NCBI RefSeq assembly: GCF_964355755.1
Contig: NC_092672.1
Location: forward strand, 35,842,437 to 35,906,436
Source: Antedon mediterranea
Lineage: Eukaryota; Animalia; Echinodermata
DNA length: 64,000 bases
Reading direction: 5' to 3'
Shown here: piece after piece, positions 25,101-40,100 of the stretch
Position numbering within the stretch: position 1 is the first letter of the stretch
Layout of the letters: every line of letters begins with the position of its first letter
Program-made: the position numbers and the translations under genes
The notes under the pieces: model-generated
Seen by the model: only the letters and a program-made list of their open reading frames with translations
Databases searched by the model: none
Told to the model about the DNA's origin: nothing

Positions 25101-28100
25101 CACTGTAACTTGTTGGCACCTACTCTACCCACTGTAACTTGTTGGCACCTACTCTACCCACTGTAACTTGTTGGCACCTACTCTACCCACTGTAACTTGT
25201 TGGCACCTACTCTACCCCACTGTAACTTGTTGGCACCTACTCTACCCACTGTAACTTGTTGGCACCTACTCTACCCACTGTAACTAGTTGGCACCTACTC
25301 TACCCACTGTAACTAGTTGGCACCTACTCTACCCACTGTAACTTGTTGGCACCTACTCTACCCACTGTAACTTGTTGGCACCTACTCTACCCCACTGTAA
25401 CTTGTTGGCACCTACTCTACCCACTGTAACTTGTTGGCACCTACTCTACCCACTGTAACTTGTTGGCACCTACTCTACCCACTGTAACTTGTTGGCACCT
25501 ACTCTACCCACTGTAACTTGTTGGCACCTACTCTACCCCACTGTAACTTGTTGGCACCTACCCCTAATAACTGCTCTAGCTACATCCCTATCTATTGTAA
25601 GCTGCAAACTCAACATCCCCAGGGACCTAGAAAGAAATACTAATTAACATAGGCTGGCTTGAGAATGACCAGGGTATTATGCTGCTGATTATTACAGATG
25701 TCCAGTCAATAATATTTCATTGATGACTGAACAGACTTCATTGAAATTATTGTCTGAAGACAGAATATTAATTATAACAACTATTGAGAATGAGAGCCAG
25801 AGACATTTTAGGCTGTACAGTATTAAAACCTACAGTACAGTACAATAGACAGATTATTAATTATGACAAACTATTGAGAGCCAGGGACATTTTAGGCTGT
25901 ACAGTATTAAAACCTACAGTACAGTACAATAGACAGATTATTAATTATGACAAACTATTGAGAGCCAGGGACATTTTAGGCTGTACAGTATTAAAACCTA
26001 CAGTATAGTACAATAGGCAGAATATTAATTATGACAACTATTGAGAGCCAGAGACATTTTAGGCTGTACAGTATTAAAACCTACACTACAGTACAATAGG
26101 CAGAATATTAATTATGACAACTATTGAGAGCCAGAGACATTTTAGGCTGTACAGTATTAAAACCTACAGTACAGTACAATAGGCAGAATATTAATTATGA
26201 CAACTATTGAGAGCCAGAGACATTTTAGGCTGTACAGTATTAAAACCTACAGTACAGTAGACAGTGTAATACGGTATGACAATTACTGTACAGACTGAGA
26301 GCCAGATAAATGTTAGGCTTTATTTACTGTACAGTATTGTACAGTACAGTACTAACAAATAATACTGTAGTACAGTAACATTAACTGTGTTAATCCTACA
26401 GTAAACAGTCCTGTTGGATGCTTCTCGGTAAAACATAAAATCTATTTCGTGCCAATGTACAGTAGCTTTCTGGATCAACCAACATGGTTCTTTTCCCTCC
26501 GAGGGGAGAACATAACTTGAAAAGTAATAAAAACCGTTGCGTCCCTCTAAGACAGTGGTATTGTCTGTCACTGTCAGGGGGGACAACACCTTAATACAGT
26601 AAACACAAAATAATAATTATTCCAATTTATTTTACAATGAATACATTAGGATGATACAATACAATACTGCTACTGAAAATAATACAAATAAAATATGTTT
26701 ATATATTTTAAAACTGATTTTAAATTTTTTTTAAAAGTTTTTTGTTAATTGAATGAATTAACTTACCTTTTTTTACTTTTAGCTACAGTACGTTGTTGGA
26801 ATAGGCTAAAAAAATAAATTTTTTTGTTCGACATTTAAACATATTAATTGATATTGTCACTCAAGAAATAGATTTTTTTACTGTATGTAATCATATGCAC
26901 CTGAATTTTATTCGGTTACGGTAAATGGTTAGTGTGCAAGGGTAATTATTATTAAGGGGTGAAATGTTACATGTGATAAAATAAACAGAGTTCATAAGGT
27001 GAAGATAAATTTTAGTATTCTGATCACCAGGCCAGGCTATTCAACAAGAAGATAATATGCACATATTTTGTGTCATAAAATTACTATTAAATTGTAATAA
27101 AGAATTGCCTGGGTGATACTGTATTTAACAACACACAAACCTTCATTTATAAGTACTGTCTCTTGTATTGTACTTTACTACAGTATAAAAAGGTTGTATT
27201 TTTAAATAATAATGGACCAGTAAATTAGGAACTTTATTGTGGAAAGTTTTTCTTCCTTATCATGTTTGATCAAATGCATTCAATTTCATGGTCTAGCTCC
27301 CCAATGTCTTTTGTGGTAATACCTGTACAGTACTACTGTACTTGTAGGCCTACAGTATTTTTTTCCCCACCAAGGCTCTAGTCTATGTTGTTTATACAGC
27401 ATTGTAAAACTACCATGCTAGCCTTATTTAGGCACTGCAGTACAGTAATGTAAAGCATACATTTAACATTAATGTACTATAATGTCATTATAAAAATATT
27501 GAAATAGATTATATCTTTTTTAGTTATTATTGTCTCATTTGTTCATTGTTAGCTATTTTTGGAATCCGACTTAGTGTAATGATTGATATGTGTGAGTCAC
27601 ACATACAGCTAAAAGATCAATGACTCAGTATGGAAACATGGCACAATACATTAGCACAGCCTGGAATACATCATCACCATTTTCTGCTTTGAAGAAACGT
27701 GCAGTATGAGTGTGTACAGTATTTTATAATTGAAAACGTTTTACAGTTTGTAAACTCGCCCAATAGTAGAAAACTTTTAACTGACGGAAAAAATTGGAAA
27801 TTTTTTTCCGAAATTCTATAAAATAATTTAGAATTTGTTTTTATTTTTAACCTGAAGGAAAATGTGAGGTTTTGTGTCTATTACGTGTCTAGCTTACCTG
27901 GATAAACCAACATAGGCCTTATCCCCTTCAAGAGGAGAACATAACAAAAAGTAAATTTTTTTTCTTGAACTCCCCTTCAAGACAGTGGTATCGTCCACTT
28001 AAAAAAATACTTTGCTTTTACTGTTCCAAAACTAAACAGTAACATTACTGTAGGTAGAAAAATAAATAAAAGTGGCAACATACTACATGAATTCATATGA

Positions 28101-31100
28101 TTGGCCTAATGTATTTTATTTTTCTAAATGAATTGTGTTACAATAATGGTTTTTACAAGTCTGCGCTTTATTATACACAGTGTGCTCATCTTACCAAGTA
28201 CATTTCTGGTCAATTTAACATTCACAGACAATTTATTGATATTGAATGTTTGTGTCAAGAAGACAGACTACTACTGGCCAGTTCTTGGAAAGTCATAAGT
28301 TCATGTAAAACCTGTTTGTTGGAGCAGCTGTGATTTTGTTATCTCAGCAGGCCATGTTAACTAAGGTTTTGTGTAGCGCATGATTCTGGTGTATTCCCCA
28401 TTGTCATTTGACCTTTAAACGCTACTGACTGTCTGTCACTGTCGCTATAGTTTTGATCTTTCGTAGTAATGTCTAAAAAGTGTAACTAACTAAAGCTCTT
28501 TCTCACTATCAAACTACAGTAGTTTGAAAAAAAAGGTGTGATGTACCTAAATGTGGTAGTGATATGACCAAATATGGTAGTGACGTGCTGGTATACGGTA
28601 TATGGTCACATTACATTTTTATGTCACTAAAGTTTGATAGTGTAGACAGAGCTTACTGTACATCAGATGAATGTATTACCTACAGTATTACCTGCTATTT
28701 ACAGCATCCCTGATTCTACTTCAATTATTTACCACTCCTTTTAGTGGGTGTGGTTTTAAAAGTTCTTTATGAGTTCAATGTTCTTTATTATAACAAATAT
28801 TATTAGTAATTGTGCGAGTGGAAATGAAAACAAACCATTTGAAAATTAGAAATAACCCATGCTTTTACAGTTAGTTAATAATACTTATTGGTTACTCTCC
28901 TTTAAAACAGAGGAACACTCCCGTAAGAGTTTCGCCCCATACAAAATCTTTACAAAAGTACAGTCATAATTACAATACAATATCTAGGAATATATATTTT
29001 TACAGATACAAAAAGTTAAAAATGGTTCACAATTACAAAATGTCAAGTAGTCAATTCTACAGACTTATAAACAATAAAACATATCTAAAATAAATTCATA
29101 TTAAGGGGTGGAAATGTTTTTCAATATTTCGGTCATATATGTAGTTACCTACTGTATAAAAGAAATTCCTTTGACTCTTTGATTACAATGATTTACATAA
29201 ATACATTTAAACAGTGCACATTATTTCAGTATTTATGTCACTGCTGCGCTAAATAATTGCCTGACCCTTTTATCCCATTTTAATAGATTGTTTAATAAAA
29301 TCTGAAGCAAAAATATGAAAAGTATAATAATAAAAGGTTATTGAGGTGAGGTTTGAACATGACCTTTTTATTGATTCTGAATATTCATACTATTAAACAG
29401 TGCAGGCTGATACAGCCTGTCTTTACTGATAAAACCAGATTACTGAGATATCATTTAGGTCAGGCAGTTCCTGTTCTTAGAACACCTCTCTTCAGTAGTC
29501 ACTCTTTTATATCTTCTTCCTTATTATAAGCTTTAACTAACCAATTTAATTCTTTTGTTATACATATTTTTTCTTAGAAATTTTAAATTTAGAGATTTTC
29601 CTATTGTTTTTCATAAAAGCTTTTTATACAGTACAGTATTATCAATAATCATATTTGAAAATAAAAATGCATTAATTTAAACCCAGCCAGTATCACAAGT
29701 AAACCGATGAAATATATAAAAACAAAATTGTGAAATTTTGACAATGAAGTAGACTTGTATAGTGTATCTTGAAATTTGTAATCAATAACTGTATTGCTAT
29801 CCAAAGTACCAATCATTTTCTGTAATGTCAGGAGTCATTCAATTATACTACAGTATGTAAAAAGAGTACGATTTGGTGTATTGTGTATTAAGAATTGATT
29901 AAATTTAGAAAAATGTGTTATTAATATTAATAATAATCACTTGCACTGACGAAGGGCTAGTGTTGCTCAAAAGCTCTGCTAACTTTTCTGGCTGTTTTAC
30001 TTTATTGTTTTGATTTAGCTTTTCGCTTTTTTTTGTATCTCCATTGAGATCCAGCCACTGATACCCACAATATTGTCATTTTTTTCAGTAATTTGCCTTT
30101 GGATTTAATACAAAATAAATAAATTATAATACATTTTAAATATAATTTATTTACACTGGGTAGGCTATGATATGAATTAATTTTTTTTCATTTTTTTAAT
30201 TTCAGAATAAACTTATAATGATGTTTGGTAAACAACTTGCTATAGTTAAGAGTGGTAGAGATTTACAGGAAAGCAATATAGAGGAGAAATACCCAAGTAT
30301 TACAGACTGGATGTGTGTTGTGAATATACGAAAAGATGTATTGCAGGTAATGTTTACTAAACAATTAAAAAATTAATTAACCTATTTTTAGCTGGCTGAT
30401 TTCCATATAATAGCTATGCGTCACTGAGTCGGAAGTGCCTCCCCCCCCCCCTCTCAATTTGTCGTAGACAGAGTTGAACCCTGTTGTAAATGTTGGCCAA
30501 TCATACACCGGTTCACGGTCGGAAGTGACCAGAAAATCCAAGATATTGTCTACTGTACACGGTGTACTAATTACTAATCAGTGTTTGTTACAATTAGTCT
30601 AATTTATTGAATGATTTTAATTCTGTATTTTTAAGTCTAAGCACAGGGTTTAGTATTACTCCATGGTCTAAACAAGGCTTATAGTATTTGCAAAAAGAAG
30701 TATTTGAATCATTCATTCATTCAGTGGAAAATTACTTCCATTTATATATAGTCATTTGCATAAAATATATAAATTATGTTTGCTCTGAGATATACAAAAA
30801 CAGAAAAATGAAAAACAAACAAATACAATTATTACAAAGCGTCACATATATTATTTTTTTCTAGTAGGATCCATAATTTTCCATTTTGGAATATATATTT
30901 TAGATAACCTTAAAGTTCATTGTACCAACAGGCATAATAGTATTGTCAGTCACGGAGTGAATGTCCAAGTGCTGATTTCAATCTGCCCCACTACAACAAT
31001 GCCACCACCAATACAATGCTTTGTGTCTGTCTTTAAAGCAGAGTGTTGTGAATAAGTTGCCATAAACCCACTGTTTATCTGCAAAAGCAGTACTATTTAC

Positions 31101-34100
31101 TACATGGAATGACAAAAATGTAGGTGTCATTGTTATGGAATATATTTGTAAACAGTAAAGAACAAAAAAACCAACACAATTCAGAAAAGCTGAAGGTTGA
31201 GTACTATTTAAATGCTACCTTAGTCATACCAACGTCATTCCAATCCATTTGGCCTATGACTCAGGATGAAGAACTTATTAGTAAGATAAAGTACACTAGA
31301 TTTGTTGTTGTTTTTTTCCATATGAAATTTTGTTTCATGGAATGCATCTATTTACTAACTGTTAAATAGAAAAATATTGTTTTAAGATTTCCACAAAAAA
31401 TGTACAGGTTGCGCTATATTTAGTAGCCCAACTAAGCTACCCATTCTGATGGCGTAAAACAAGGCATAAAAGCTAGAGAGAGGATGACGCACTGTACTAT
31501 TATTAAAACAATGTATACTTTATATTAAGATCAGAATTACTGTTCATTTTCTGATATTTAATATAACTTTCTTATAAAAGCCCAATGTACTGTACAGTAC
31601 CAGTTTTTGCACCATTTTAAAGGTACTGTAAAACTGCTGTACTGTAGTACCTGAATTAAATTTTTGTTGTTGTTGAATGAACCGAGGCTCTTATTAGGGC
31701 CGTGTTAGATCAACTTAGAACCTCCCTTTTGGTGTTTCTGTTTAAGGTGACCTATTGCATACCACACTTCCTGTAGTTATCTACAAAGTTCCTCACCCAT
31801 ACATTATTAACTTAACAAATTAGCCTAAGAACTTTTACGTCAATTAAAACATGACGTTTTTCATTAAGAAATTATGAATGTAATCAATTTTAAATGCCAT
31901 CATTAAATAAATATATGTTGAACTTTATTATCCAAGTATCATCAATTAATGATGGTTGTGTGTTGGGATGTTCCCACACTTGAGGGCAGATTTCATGGAC
32001 TGTACCATTATCTGATAGGGTGTTTAATAAAATGTTATATTGAAGTTGTAGCTCTCTAGTTGTAGAATAGGCTATTGTCGGTTTATCAAGGTAAGCTAGC
32101 ACTAATAGATTACCAACACCACTTTTGGTTATTTAATTACTGTTTTACTCCTGATAAATGAAAAGTACAGGTGAAGTTTGTTTATTATCATTAATTATGC
32201 AAAAGGTGTGTAATCCGCGTCCGATGTTTTAACGTATTTGTGGGTTATCGCAAGTTGGATCATGTATTGTCTAGACTATTGTCCCATTCTTTGATAATTC
32301 CATGTGTTTAATTGACATATCATTTTCAGACAAAAGTGCTCAGCTGTTGCTACAATAGATTCGTTAAACAATTGATAATGTATGCGTGAAACAGATTGAT
32401 TTTGTTTAATCAATCTGTGATACTTTTTGGCTTTGTGTCTAACTGAATTTGTACAGTATTATAAAGCTAGATGTTTTGTTTGAAATCTACAGTTATTAAC
32501 GTCAACCAAAGGTCACTAGAAATTTCTTGATAAATGATAGGAAAACAAACAAAAAACATGATGGGTTTTTCCAAATAGGAATGGAAATTATACAGTAGTT
32601 GAAATCAAAGCTGAAAATTACTGTTGTTAATGTTACCACAGAACAAATTGTATAATAAATACTGTATGGCCTCAGAATACCCATCTCACAATCGTTATAC
32701 AATGTTAATGGTCAAGGCTGTCCAATTCCAAGTTATAGCCTACAGTAGCTACATGGTTATAATATAAACGGGCCAAGATGTACAGTGGCATAAAACAGAA
32801 GCCTTGAGAGTTTTTAGCCTTTTTCGACATTTTTTAATGCCTGTTTTTTTTTCTTTGGGTGCTGCTCAGGGACCCCTGTAAGCTCCGGTGCCCCTGGTTT
32901 AGCCAGTGAGCACTCATAGCCATTACGCCACTGAATATGCACAGAACTCAACATATTATGGTTTAGTATAATTCCAATCACACAATTTCTTTTCTTCCAT
33001 TATTAAAAAATATGTCAAATCTTTACTAAGCCAATAATTCTGTTGGATGTAAAATGAAATAAAAATGGGTTAAGTTACATTAAGAATATGAATTTATAAC
33101 ACAGTACCTGGATAGAACAACCGACTTATGCCAGTAATATTTCAATGACACTTGAGGCCTGGTTTCTATTTTGTCATGATGATGATATTCTCTATCATAT
33201 CAATGCAGGCTACTAAATAGTTTATCCTTGATATTAAAGCATTGTATAAATTCAGATGGTACCGTAGATGATATTTATTTTTTTTTAAATCAAAAATTGT
33301 CTACTGTACGTTAATTTTTATTTTTGTTAAACACGCATTCAGCTCAGGGTTAAACACCAAGTCAGCTTTCCAAACTGCAAAGTCCTAATTTCAGGGTATG
33401 GCATCAGAAATTAGATAAATCTGTAAGAGATTTGAACCTAATATTTTGGGTTTTTTAAGCAGGGAACTGTCCTCACATTACCGTTGTTTTGTTGCTACAT
33501 AGTAACAAACACTGTATTGCAGATTTGTATTTCAATTACACATTAAAATAGACCTGTCTCTTCCCTGTATGTTCAAACTGCTTGTAATACACTTTAGGTA
33601 GCTGTTCTCTAATGGATTTGAACCCAATACCCTGGGTTTTGTAAGCGTGGCACTGTCATTACCCCTATTAACACTTCGTGCAGATTTTTATTTTAATTAA
33701 TAATTTTGTAATATATTAATAAACACATTAAAATAGACCTGTCTCTTCCCTGTATGTTTGAACTGCTTGTACAGTGCACACTTTATCTAGCATTTTTGCA
33801 ACTAATAAATATCTTTATATATATTGATCACTAATGTTAATAATGTAAACTCTCAGAATGTGCAGACCCTGGATAAGTCTCTGTTTTAACTCTAAGCTTA
33901 CAATGATCTAGTTAAGCAAGAGTTTTTGGCCAAAATCCAACTTATTATCCATAATTTTCCAGGGTTTCAAATGATGAAACAGAATGAGTCGGTTTCCTGT
34001 TTGCAGCGTTGAGACAGTGAGATTAATTGTATTGAAAATGCAGACTAATTTGCATTGTAGTATTGCAAACAAAACACCCTGGATATGAAATCATTGCATT

Positions 34101-37100
34101 TATTGTTTGTTTTATTTACATTTTGTGGTTACAACATTTTGCATTAAGTGTAGAACACTTCCTATTCAGGAGATACTCAATATGAGGATGACACCCCTAT
34201 TCAGGGGACATCCCTATTTAGGAGACACCCCTATTCAGGTGACATCCCTATTTAATAGGAGACGCCCCTATTCAGGAAGTACAGTATCTCTATCAGGGGT
34301 GTCCCTATTTAGGAGACACCCCTATTCAGGAAGTGCCTCTATGAAGATGACACCCCTATTCAGGGGACATCCCTATTTAGGAGACACCCCTATTCAAGAG
34401 ACACCCCTTCAGGAAGTGCCCTATAAAGATGACACCCCTATTCAGGGGAAATCTCTATTTAGGAGACACCATATTCAGGAAGTGCCTCTATGAAGATGAA
34501 ACCCCTATTAAGGAGACATTCCTATTTAGAAGACACCCCTAATCAGGATGTGCCCCTATGAAGATGACAACTGGGACATCCCTATATTTAGGAGACATCC
34601 CTATTCAGGAGACGCTCGATGAAGATGACACCCCTATTCAGGGGACATCCGTATTTAGGAGACATCCCTATTCAGGAAGTGCCCTATGAAGATGACACCC
34701 CTATTCAGGGGACACCCTATGAAGAGGATACGCCTTTTTAGGGAGAATCCCTATTCAGGGGACATCACTATGAAGAAGACGCTTTTTGGATATTGAAGAT
34801 GGCCCCTTAATAGGTGTTCTATTGTAGTTAATTAAAAGCATTTCATTTTCAAATTTTTTTAAACTATTTCTTCTCAATTAAATATTTCCATATTTCTTGC
34901 TCGTACAGTGAATAAACGCTTATAATAATATGCAAATAAAAGATTTCTGATCGCCGATTGGTTATGCACATTTTGTCATCACAAGAAAAATTGATGAAAA
35001 TATGAAAGGTCGTTACCCTCTCATTGCTTGATGAAGCGGTAACACAAGTTCAATCTTCAAATTGAATTTGGATCAAAATCTTTTACGAAAAAATATTTCT
35101 TTGTTGTACAGTATTAAAACTCTAGACTTGAATACTACTAAGGAATTGAGTTGTTCCACTGGGTTTTAATTTCATGTGACCTGAGTGTGACCTTTGAGTG
35201 ACATTGTGATTTGATCTCTCCTCTATTCCCATTAGAAGTCCATTTACTAGTGAGAGGTGTGCCTGTGCCAATGTGTACATTCATAACAACAGAGAATGTA
35301 CCTTTGTTGGTGTATTGTAATTACACTAGTGTCGGAGCTATGAGTCTCGCACTGACGTTGTATAAAGAAATTAATGCTGATAAAGGCTACTACAACCCTT
35401 AAAAGTCCATTTAAATGCTTACTTAATACTAGTGTAACTGTAAGGTGTGCCTGTTTTTGCATTCATAACAATGTTCCTCTCTTTTGTACTAATAATGTCA
35501 TCAAAATTATATTATATATAAATATTTTTATATTATTTTAAATGAGTATTAATATTATTAATAATTATTAAATTTATATTTAGTCTACAGAGTGATATTT
35601 GATTTTATAGGAGTTTTAAAATTATAACCATTCAATTTAAACGACGATAAAACACAATTAAAACAAATAAACAATAGTACATTTAAAAAAATTATAATAT
35701 TGTGTTTCACAAATTGTACTGAAAACCCAATATTTCATCAAAAACCCATTTGCATATCATCACAAATATAATTGCATGTTAAAAATATCATCTGTAACCA
35801 TAATATTAACTGGTGGTGATAAGGTATCGTTTCTTGCATTTTCACAATCATTGCGGGTGCTATTTTTCACATATCATCATCGACCCTTGATAGAAATCGT
35901 AATGCTAAAGACATGCGTCATTGCATAGTGGAAATGACCTCTATGGCCCACAACAGACAACCAACAAACTACAGTTTGAACTATGTAGAGTATTGTCACT
36001 ATTGCTATGCTCTGTCTACATCAAACTGTATGTGACAAAAAAAATGTGATGTGCCCATATATGAACATGATGATGTTATATCACCACCATATTTAAGCAT
36101 ATCACTACCATATTTGGGCACATTACACTTTTTTTGTTCAACTAGTTTGATAGTGTAGACAGAGCTTAGCCTACCCTATGTGTCAACATATAATATAATA
36201 TTGTTCAGGTAAAGGTGCTGGGTACAGACTGTAGTAGTATGTTATGATGTCATCTGCATATTTAATAGCAAGGGGAAGATTGCGTTTAGAGCATAGGGAA
36301 GATTGCATTAATTGCGATGGGGAAGAATGCATCTGCATAGAAGATAAATGCATATATTGCATAATTTTGTTGATTATAAAAAAGGGTAAATGTGAATTAA
36401 CAATAGATGAATATACTGAACAATGCTTGTTCAGTATTTAATGTACAGTAGGATTTTTCAAAAATAGTATTAAATATAAAAAAAATATATTAATCAATTT
36501 TTTCATAATTAATTATACAAATCACTTGAAATAATACACTACCCACTTTCAGCAATTCAATCATGGCATACATAGGTTTCTCTTTTTGTCTTCATACCCA
36601 ATAGATTAAAATTAATTTTGTTTCTAAACAAAAACTGGATAAAAACATTTTTCAATATAAAAATATTGGTGTCGGGCCATTTTTACAATGCTAGCTAGTG
36701 TCACTGTTCAAATATCTAGTAAGAAGAATTTCCAAATAATGTTGAATCATTTAATTCAATGATTTCCTTCTAAGAATTGACATCTGAATATTCTTGGTTT
36801 TTGATGATATCCTTGTTAATGTTAGCTCAATATTTTCACTACCCTGGATGTTGCCTAGCAATAGTCAATAGTGATTGTTATCAAGCTACCCTGGAAAAGT
36901 AATTAAAAATATGTTATACTCAACAATAATGTTATTAATATGAAGAATATCACAATATTGAAATGTTAGTCCTTGGTTTTTTAATTGATTGATTTTAATA
37001 ATGGTTTGATCGAATATTAACAAGAATTATGCAAAACAAAATGCAATAGATAATATAAATTTAGTGGTGTCCTACTGCTGTCCAGGCATCAAGTTAATAT

Positions 37101-40100
37101 TTAAAATTATAAGTGGTACCTGGGAAACCAGTTTTAACAACCCTGGTATAACTGCTTTAATATACTGTCATATAATATTGAATATTAATAATTGTTATGT
37201 TAACTGTCTACTACCACTAGACGCAACTTCAACTGATGTCAATATTGATAATTATAAAAATTAATAACTTCTGATAGAAACAATAGGTTATGCAAATACT
37301 GCATTGATCTAATTTACAGTACTCCCCACCCCCCACCTCCTGCCTTGAGGATGTACTGTCATCATCATCCTATACTGTGCATTTTGAGTTGCACATGAGT
37401 ATGTATGCAGTGCCTACTTTTCTTTTGTATCAATGATCTTACAACAGTTAGTATTTGGGCAGATGTTTAGCACTACCTATCTAGAGTATTGTACTTTATA
37501 TACTCAATATATTTGAAAACAATGTCAATATGTCGGTTAGGGTTGGGGTCGAATCTAAAGCTTGGTTCCCACTAGAACGTAACGCAAGGACGTAAACGCA
37601 ACGCAAGCGTTTTGACCAATGACAAGTGAAGTTATAGACAGTTAGCAATCACAAGCGAATAAGCCATCGCTTGTGATTGGTCAATTCACTTGCGTTGCGT
37701 TACGTCCTTGTGTTGCTAGTGGGAACCACGCTTAAGGAAGCAGCAGATACTGCACCAACATTTTGATCAATTGTATACTACGAAGTAACTGAGTGTATTT
37801 TTTAATGCAATTTCACGGCTGTAGCCACCAGTGCGATTGGTACGGTAAGGTTTCAACCTGACCACTTTTTCACAGAGGTCTTTGACAACGCTTGAACAGA
37901 GATAGTTCCCTTTTTATGAGACAACTGCACCACTTTTTTTCTTTTGGCTGCATCACTGTATTTACTATTTATCAGTACAGTATCATTTAAATTTATAAGC
38001 ACTTTCTAATGTTTTATTTTACTTTTGTATTCTTTAAAGAAATTATGTCAACCGTATGGAACTTTGAAAGGACTCTTAGATATTCAAGATTCAGAAATGA
38101 GGCAGTTACTCAAGAATCATGAATGTTCAGATAATGATATATTAAGACTAAGCTATGCCATAAAGAACCTTAAAAAGGCATACAAAGGTAAGAATCCAAA
38201 ATATTTATTTTGTCAGACTTTGTTAGGCATCATCAAGCCTTCTTACAGGTGTGTTCTTCAGTGCAAACATAAAGCTTGGTTTCCACTAGAACACAATGCG
38301 TTGTATTGCGTAATCACAAGTGGATGGAAGGGAAGTTTATTAGGTTGCATAGGTTACATGGCATTGAGTGAGAGCCAAGCCTAAGTAATAGAAGAAAAGA
38401 CCGATTCAGGCCTAGCTTTATTTTACTAGTAGATGAAAAAATTTGCTTCAATCAACTTTGCTTCAAGATTTCTAGATATCAATACTACTAAGGTCCCAGA
38501 TTTTACTGTTTAAAATAAGTTTTGAGAAAAACCACTAAAAGAGTTGGTGTGTGTTTCCAGTTCATGATAGTTATGATAATAATCATTTTCTTACATGATT
38601 TTATTTTTCAGCAAATTTACAAGGTGGTGAAAATACCAAAAACTTAAAAATGACGAACCTAGATTCAGGTAGTCCCTCAGATAGTGATACTGAATTAACT
38701 GAGAACAAACATGAAAAAAGGCCATCAGTATCATCGTCTAGTTCGGATATTATCCAGGACAATCATCGTGTGCCTCTTACACCGCCCCCAACGGACTATC
38801 ATCCTAAAAAGTTGGAGTCTGTTAACCTTCCTTCAACACCAACTTCTAAAAGGACAAAAACAAAAGGCACACCACCTCCAAATAAAAAAGTTTTTAATGT
38901 GCATGGGATTATCTTAGATGGCTCTTCAAGTTTGCCAAGGTAAGACTTTTTTGATTTCGTGTTTTTAGCCTGAATTAAGTCGAGTTAGCTTGGTTTTTAA
39001 TTTTTATAATCATCTATTACAACTAATAATTTCAACTCATTACTTCATCTCAGTTTCTTTATCATGTTTCGTTAATTTATAAAATACTTATGTGGTTACT
39101 ATAGTACAGTACTTCAATAACTGTATTTGACCTTCTAAATATCAGGAAACATGAATACTTAATCAGGAAATATGAATATTTTATCAGGAAATATGAATAT
39201 TTAATTAGGAAAAATGAATATTTATAAAGGAAATAATATTTGAAAATTCCACTAGTGTTTTTTTTTATGAATGCTATACTAACGCTTTTTCAAACTCCTG
39301 TTGTACGTATATGGTGATTTTGCAATAAAATGGCACGTGTAAGATTCACAGTATCAAGTCATGGGAGAGGCGACTTAGTGCTGGTCATATGATATCATCA
39401 GCATATAACATTACAAGTTAGATAACCAAAATACTTTATGTAACTTTAGCTAATTGTAACTATTAATAGTAAGATCAGCTCTGTGACTTGCTTCCAGTAA
39501 ATATCTTAAGTAGGGATCTAGTTTGTAGATTAATACAGTACATGCATTTTTAAGAACTATGTAGTAACTTTTATGTAGTAAAGCTCTGTCTACACTATCA
39601 AACTAGTTTGACAAAACAAGTGTGATGTGCCCAAATGTGATCATGTCCATATTATGGGCACATCACATTTTGTTGTCACATAAAGTTTGATAGTGTAGAC
39701 AGAGCTTAATGCCCAAATAATATTATCTTTTGTTAAATCCTGAAAGACACCCACTACATTGACAGTAATCTAAATCCAAAGATAAATAATCTAAATGCAT
39801 GTAATCTTCATCGCTTAATCCCATGTTTTACAGTAGGACGCAAAGAGTACGTTCGGAGATAGTATCCCCCGGCAGCAGTTGTGAAGCTATTGTAAGCAGG
39901 TTGAAATCGGAAGACGAATCCGACTCTGGCAGCGGACAGACTTCACCTAGAAAGTGTTCACCAGGTCGACAGTCAGATGTAGCAAAATCAAGTAAGCAAC
40001 TACAAAGTGTTTGAATGAAAGCGCATCTTCATTCAAGTGTTTTAAAAGTGTAGTTTCCAAATAAATTATTATTATTAAATTATTATTATTATTTTCCCCT

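Noticed and set aside
21580-25560. CRISPR array or coding repeat ORFs ([20 protein letters not shown])
   Set aside because: Units abut with no unique spacers, there are no cas genes, and this is a eukaryotic intron. The ORFs are artefacts of 30-bp units.
26410-28000. Two diverged copies of a ~170-bp segment (~26410-26590, ~27840-28000) as possible LTRs
   Set aside because: Too diverged, no TG..CA ends, PBS or internal coding; treated as old repeat fragments.
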